Below, in pieces: positions 60,675 to 64,000 of a stretch of DNA of 64,000 bases. The stretch covers positions 1,860,001 to 1,924,000 of the forward strand of contig CM120649.1 in the NCBI GenBank assembly GCA_051362555.1, in the 5' to 3' direction. How positions within the stretch are numbered: position 1 is the stretch's first letter; each line of letters opens with the position of its first letter. The DNA is from Lingula anatina (taxonomy: Eukaryota; Animalia; Brachiopoda). The position numbers were made by a program, and so were the translations under genes. The notes under the pieces are model-generated. The model was given only the letters and a program-made list of their open reading frames with translations, was not told the origin of the DNA and did no database searches.

Positions 60675-63641
60675 ATGGAGGAGCCAAAAGATCGTAACAA
60701 CTCAAAAGATATTTCCAGGCCCATAGAGCTGGATTTGGATTTTTTAATGCCATCCAACATCAGTGAATCTAGTAATCGTCAATGCCTTAAGCTGTCTAAG
60801 ACAAACTTAGAAGTCTTGAAAATACCCCTGTCTACATTTTGGAATCTCAAAGTATTGGACATATCCAGCAACAAATTTACAGAATTCCCTCTCCAGGTGT
60901 TTAATGTGCCTAGTTTACAAGAGCTTAACATCGGTCATAACTTGCTTAGTACTATTCCTATTGACATCAACACGCTGACAAACTTGACGATTCTTAAGGT
61001 CAATGATAACCGTTTCGAGGAATTTCCAACTCACGTTTGTGACATTCCCGCCTTGCAAATATTCGATATCAGCGGTAACAAGATCCGCATCATCCCTTCA
61101 TCTGTTAGCAAAATGGACAGTCTTAAAACGCTGCATATACAGAAAAACATGATTGATGTACTTCCAGGTGCATTGTGTGATCTTTATGAGTTAGAATATC
61201 TTGACATGAGGGCAAATCATTTGTGCACCATTCCCAAAAGTATAAGACGTTTGACCAGACTGCAAACCCTTAATATCTCTCATAACCAGATTTCAGCTTT
61301 TCCAACCAGTTTATGCAGCCTGTTTAGTTTGGAGAATCTGGATATTGGTCAGAATAAAATAGACCGTATACCATTTGAGATAAAGGAAATAGATGAACTG
61401 AAAACTCTTAAAATCTCCAGCAACAAACTAATTGAATTTCCAGTCGAATTATGCCATTGTGAAAAACTGGAGACACTGCACATAGCAGACAACAACATTT
61501 CGTCAATTCCCCCTGATATTGCAAACCTGCAGACACTGAAAATATTCGATATACGACATAACAGGGTGAGCTGCCTACCGTATCAGCTACTGCATGTGAA
61601 AGCCCTAACAGAACTCTACGTCATACCAAATCCATTAACACAGCCACCAGAGGCGGTATGTCAGAATGGGAAAGGCGCCATTTTTCGCTATCTGAGAGAG
61701 GTGAGGGAACGCAAGGCCATTGTGGTGAACAGGCTGCAATTGAACTTACTTGGGGTGACAGGGAGTGGCAAAAGTAGCTTATCCAGGTCTCTACAAAGGA
61801 GAGAATCTTCCCTGACAGCCGAAGCAGACAGGACCCAGGTGATTGAGCGAGGGTCATGGGAACCGGACAGTAAGGTTGCTTTCAATATCAACGACTTTGG
61901 GGGTCACGATGTATACAGAGTGGGCTATCCTATATTTCTTCATAAAAATGGAGTTGCCATCATCACTTTCAACCTGTCTCAGTATCAGTGCGAGGACAAC
62001 TACTATATGAAACATATTGGAGAATGGATACAAACAGCCCAGTGCAGAGCACCTGGTATTTACATTATAATTGTAGGAACTCACCACGATCTAGTTGGTG
62101 ATAGAGATCCCGACATGCTGTGTCAAGATGTCCGGCATAGGTTCAAACAACAAGCGGATTGGAACATGGAATGGCTACAAAACGGAGTTGACGCACATGC
62201 ATTTCAAGGGAGAAGGGTTTCATATTTTTCGAATTCCCATGTGGACATCTTCACGATCAGCTCAGCCGATATGTTTGGAATGGAGAACCTCTCGGCGTAC
62301 CTGGTTCAGATAGCCAAGGAGAGAGGAGTCGTCCTCCCTGAGGCCTGGGTGGATGTGATGAATGAAATAGAGAGGATGAAGTTCGAACCTACAACTAACA
62401 CTCTGACAGAGGGGGCTGTCAGAGAAATAGTTAAAGTTGAGGTTGCACGTAGAAAAAAGAATAGTGCACGCCAGGCAGACGTTTCCCTAGAGGAAGAAAA
62501 GGGGAACCAGATTTCGCGAATCGTAAGGAGAATGATGTGCTGCACAAGTCTCTTCCATGAAGAAGTCGAGGAAATAAATCAAGTGGCAAGTGGTCCCCAA
62601 ACCCCTCACGAAGACGACGAGGATATTTCTCCAGCACAAGTGGCATATGTGGTGCAAGATGTCCTTGATTATATGTCAAATACTGGTGAAGTAGTGTGGT
62701 TCAATTCCAATACAGCTCTCGGGAAAGTCATATTCCACAAGCCGGAAGTCTTAATCAATCTCCTCAATTCCGTCCTACACCATGATTTTGAGGTTAAAAA
62801 GAAGACACTGAAGGACAATTACACCAAACAGAAATTTGAGGAAATAGAGGACAACCTTGAGATGAGGGGTATTATTGACGAGGATGTCATGGAGTTTCTC
62901 TGGCAGTCCTTTGGGGTTCCTGGCATTGAAAGGGATGCCATGATTGAGCTTATGACAAAGCTTGACCTGAGTTATTTTGTGGATGGCGGATCTGTAGCAA
63001 AAAGGACGGGCGCATTTCATTTTCCATGTTTACTACAACAGAATGAACCATGTGACTTAGAAAGTTCGGGCAAGTGGCCGGCCAGATTGCCATGGGGGGT
63101 TCTACAGTTGACCCTCCAGATTCACACACCTCACCGATGTCCAAGCGACGTGTTCGAAAAGCTCTCAGTCAGAATCCACAAGTATCTTCATATGTTCGAC
63201 AGAAGACGCATCGACTGGAATAATGGTGTCTATGCAGTCACCAGCCGTTGTAAAATTCTCCTTACGCGTCACAGCGAAGAGCGAGACTGGGTAATCACGA
63301 CAAATGTCAGAGGGAAAGATCGACTCGCCATGTGGGACATCCTGCTCAAGCTCCATCAAGACCTCGTCGACATTTTGAAAAATGACTGGCCGGGTGTTTT
63401 CTACAGCAAGCACCTGATGTGTCCACACTGCATTGAAGAAGGCATCCCCTCCCCCACCCTTTTTCCTGGAGACATCTTGGACCAACCAGACTACGTTCCA
63501 CGCGTGAAGGTCTTACCATGCAGAAATGCGCCCTCTCAAACTATCAGCGCAACGCACGTGTACCCAGCTCTGGCAGGTACAGTACTCAAATCTATCTTGT
63601 TTACAACTGAAAAGGGGTCTCTTTTCAATGTATTGTTTTAA
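60675..63641 (+). CDS. MFHAS1: ROCO protein, LRR-Roc-COR (MFHAS1-like)
   Basis: About 11-12 LRRs, then LTQPP..VC..G..AI..YL; P-loop GVTGSGKSSL, DFGGH, VGTHHD; COR with GEVVWF and FPCLL; C-terminal CPHC and VYP. Possible donor cag|GTACAG at 63577. Family assignment is strong; strict orthology is not established. Confidence 0.93.
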   Translation: MEEPKDRNNSKDISRPIELDLDFLMPSNISESSNRQCLKLSKTNLEVLKIPLSTFWNLKVLDISSNKFTEFPLQVFNVPSLQELNIGHNLLSTIPIDINTLTNLTILKVNDNRFEEFPTHVCDIPALQIFDISGNKIRIIPSSVSKMDSLKTLHIQKNMIDVLPGALCDLYELEYLDMRANHLCTIPKSIRRLTRLQTLNISHNQISAFPTSLCSLFSLENLDIGQNKIDRIPFEIKEIDELKTLKISSNKLIEFPVELCHCEKLETLHIADNNISSIPPDIANLQTLKIFDIRHNRVSCLPYQLLHVKALTELYVIPNPLTQPPEAVCQNGKGAIFRYLREVRERKAIVVNRLQLNLLGVTGSGKSSLSRSLQRRESSLTAEADRTQVIERGSWEPDSKVAFNINDFGGHDVYRVGYPIFLHKNGVAIITFNLSQYQCEDNYYMKHIGEWIQTAQCRAPGIYIIIVGTHHDLVGDRDPDMLCQDVRHRFKQQADWNMEWLQNGVDAHAFQGRRVSYFSNSHVDIFTISSADMFGMENLSAYLVQIAKERGVVLPEAWVDVMNEIERMKFEPTTNTLTEGAVREIVKVEVARRKKNSARQADVSLEEEKGNQISRIVRRMMCCTSLFHEEVEEINQVASGPQTPHEDDEDISPAQVAYVVQDVLDYMSNTGEVVWFNSNTALGKVIFHKPEVLINLLNSVLHHDFEVKKKTLKDNYTKQKFEEIEDNLEMRGIIDEDVMEFLWQSFGVPGIERDAMIELMTKLDLSYFVDGGSVAKRTGAFHFPCLLQQNEPCDLESSGKWPARLPWGVLQLTLQIHTPHRCPSDVFEKLSVRIHKYLHMFDRRRIDWNNGVYAVTSRCKILLTRHSEERDWVITTNVRGKDRLAMWDILLKLHQDLVDILKNDWPGVFYSKHLMCPHCIEEGIPSPTLFPGDILDQPDYVPRVKVLPCRNAPSQTISATHVYPALAGTVLKSILFTTEKGSLFNVLF

Positions 63642-64000
63642 AGTCATGGTTTTGGAACAATGTGACTACCAACATCACCAGTGTCCTTAAAATGTGACTG
63701 CATATTTAATCACAATCGATCATCGCCGTGAGGAGTCAAGTTTAATACAGAGATGAGACTTTTGGCTATAAGTAGGAAATCCCTTAATTTTTACAGTTCA
63801 AGTATTATTTAGCATTTAACTAAGACCCCATTCCCATTGACACCATCGGTCCACGTAGATCGATCCAAATCTGTAAGGACAGTCACTGAGTGCAATCAGC
63901 TTAACTGAATGACACTCCACTCCCCCTCCTTGGCGTAAAGTAGAATACAGAAGAGATGGAGATTATACGAGCTCACTGGAAACAACAGGAGGGGCCTAAT

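Noticed and set aside
61621-63485. Antisense and alternate-frame ORFs over the ROCO CDS
   Set aside because: Shadow ORFs of a long coding exon.

Overview
AT-rich, intron-containing, repeat-rich animal DNA that looks like a marine invertebrate (possibly a deuterostome; taxon is inference). Most ORF-track entries are spurious; the real genes had to be assembled from splice signals. (1) A + strand tandem array of small secreted EGF-domain genes built from phase-1/phase-1 exon cassettes: one intact 4-exon gene (26760-32981, 108 aa, signal peptide + 2 EGF) plus partial or decayed paralogs (267-280, 1894-2007, 21492-24112). (2) Inside that array, a - strand gene (2654-18412) for a secreted Sib/'integrin beta-like' type protein. 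Its nine downstream exons splice in frame, but its apparent signal-peptide exon is disabled. (3) A probable TRIM-type coiled-coil/NHL pseudogene (- strand, ~33240-36168). (4) An inhibitory serpin ending in KDEL, with two candidate first-exon donors that would toggle its signal peptide. (5) An LRR-Roc-COR (MFHAS1-like) ROCO gene. Transposon content is dense: Penelope remnants with minimal hammerhead ribozymes, Tc1, Ginger1, piggyBac, Kolobok, MULE, Harbinger-type MITEs, LINE 3' ends and a solo-LTR-like element, several of them nested. No tRNA, rRNA or CRISPR. All calls were made by eye, with no database searches.
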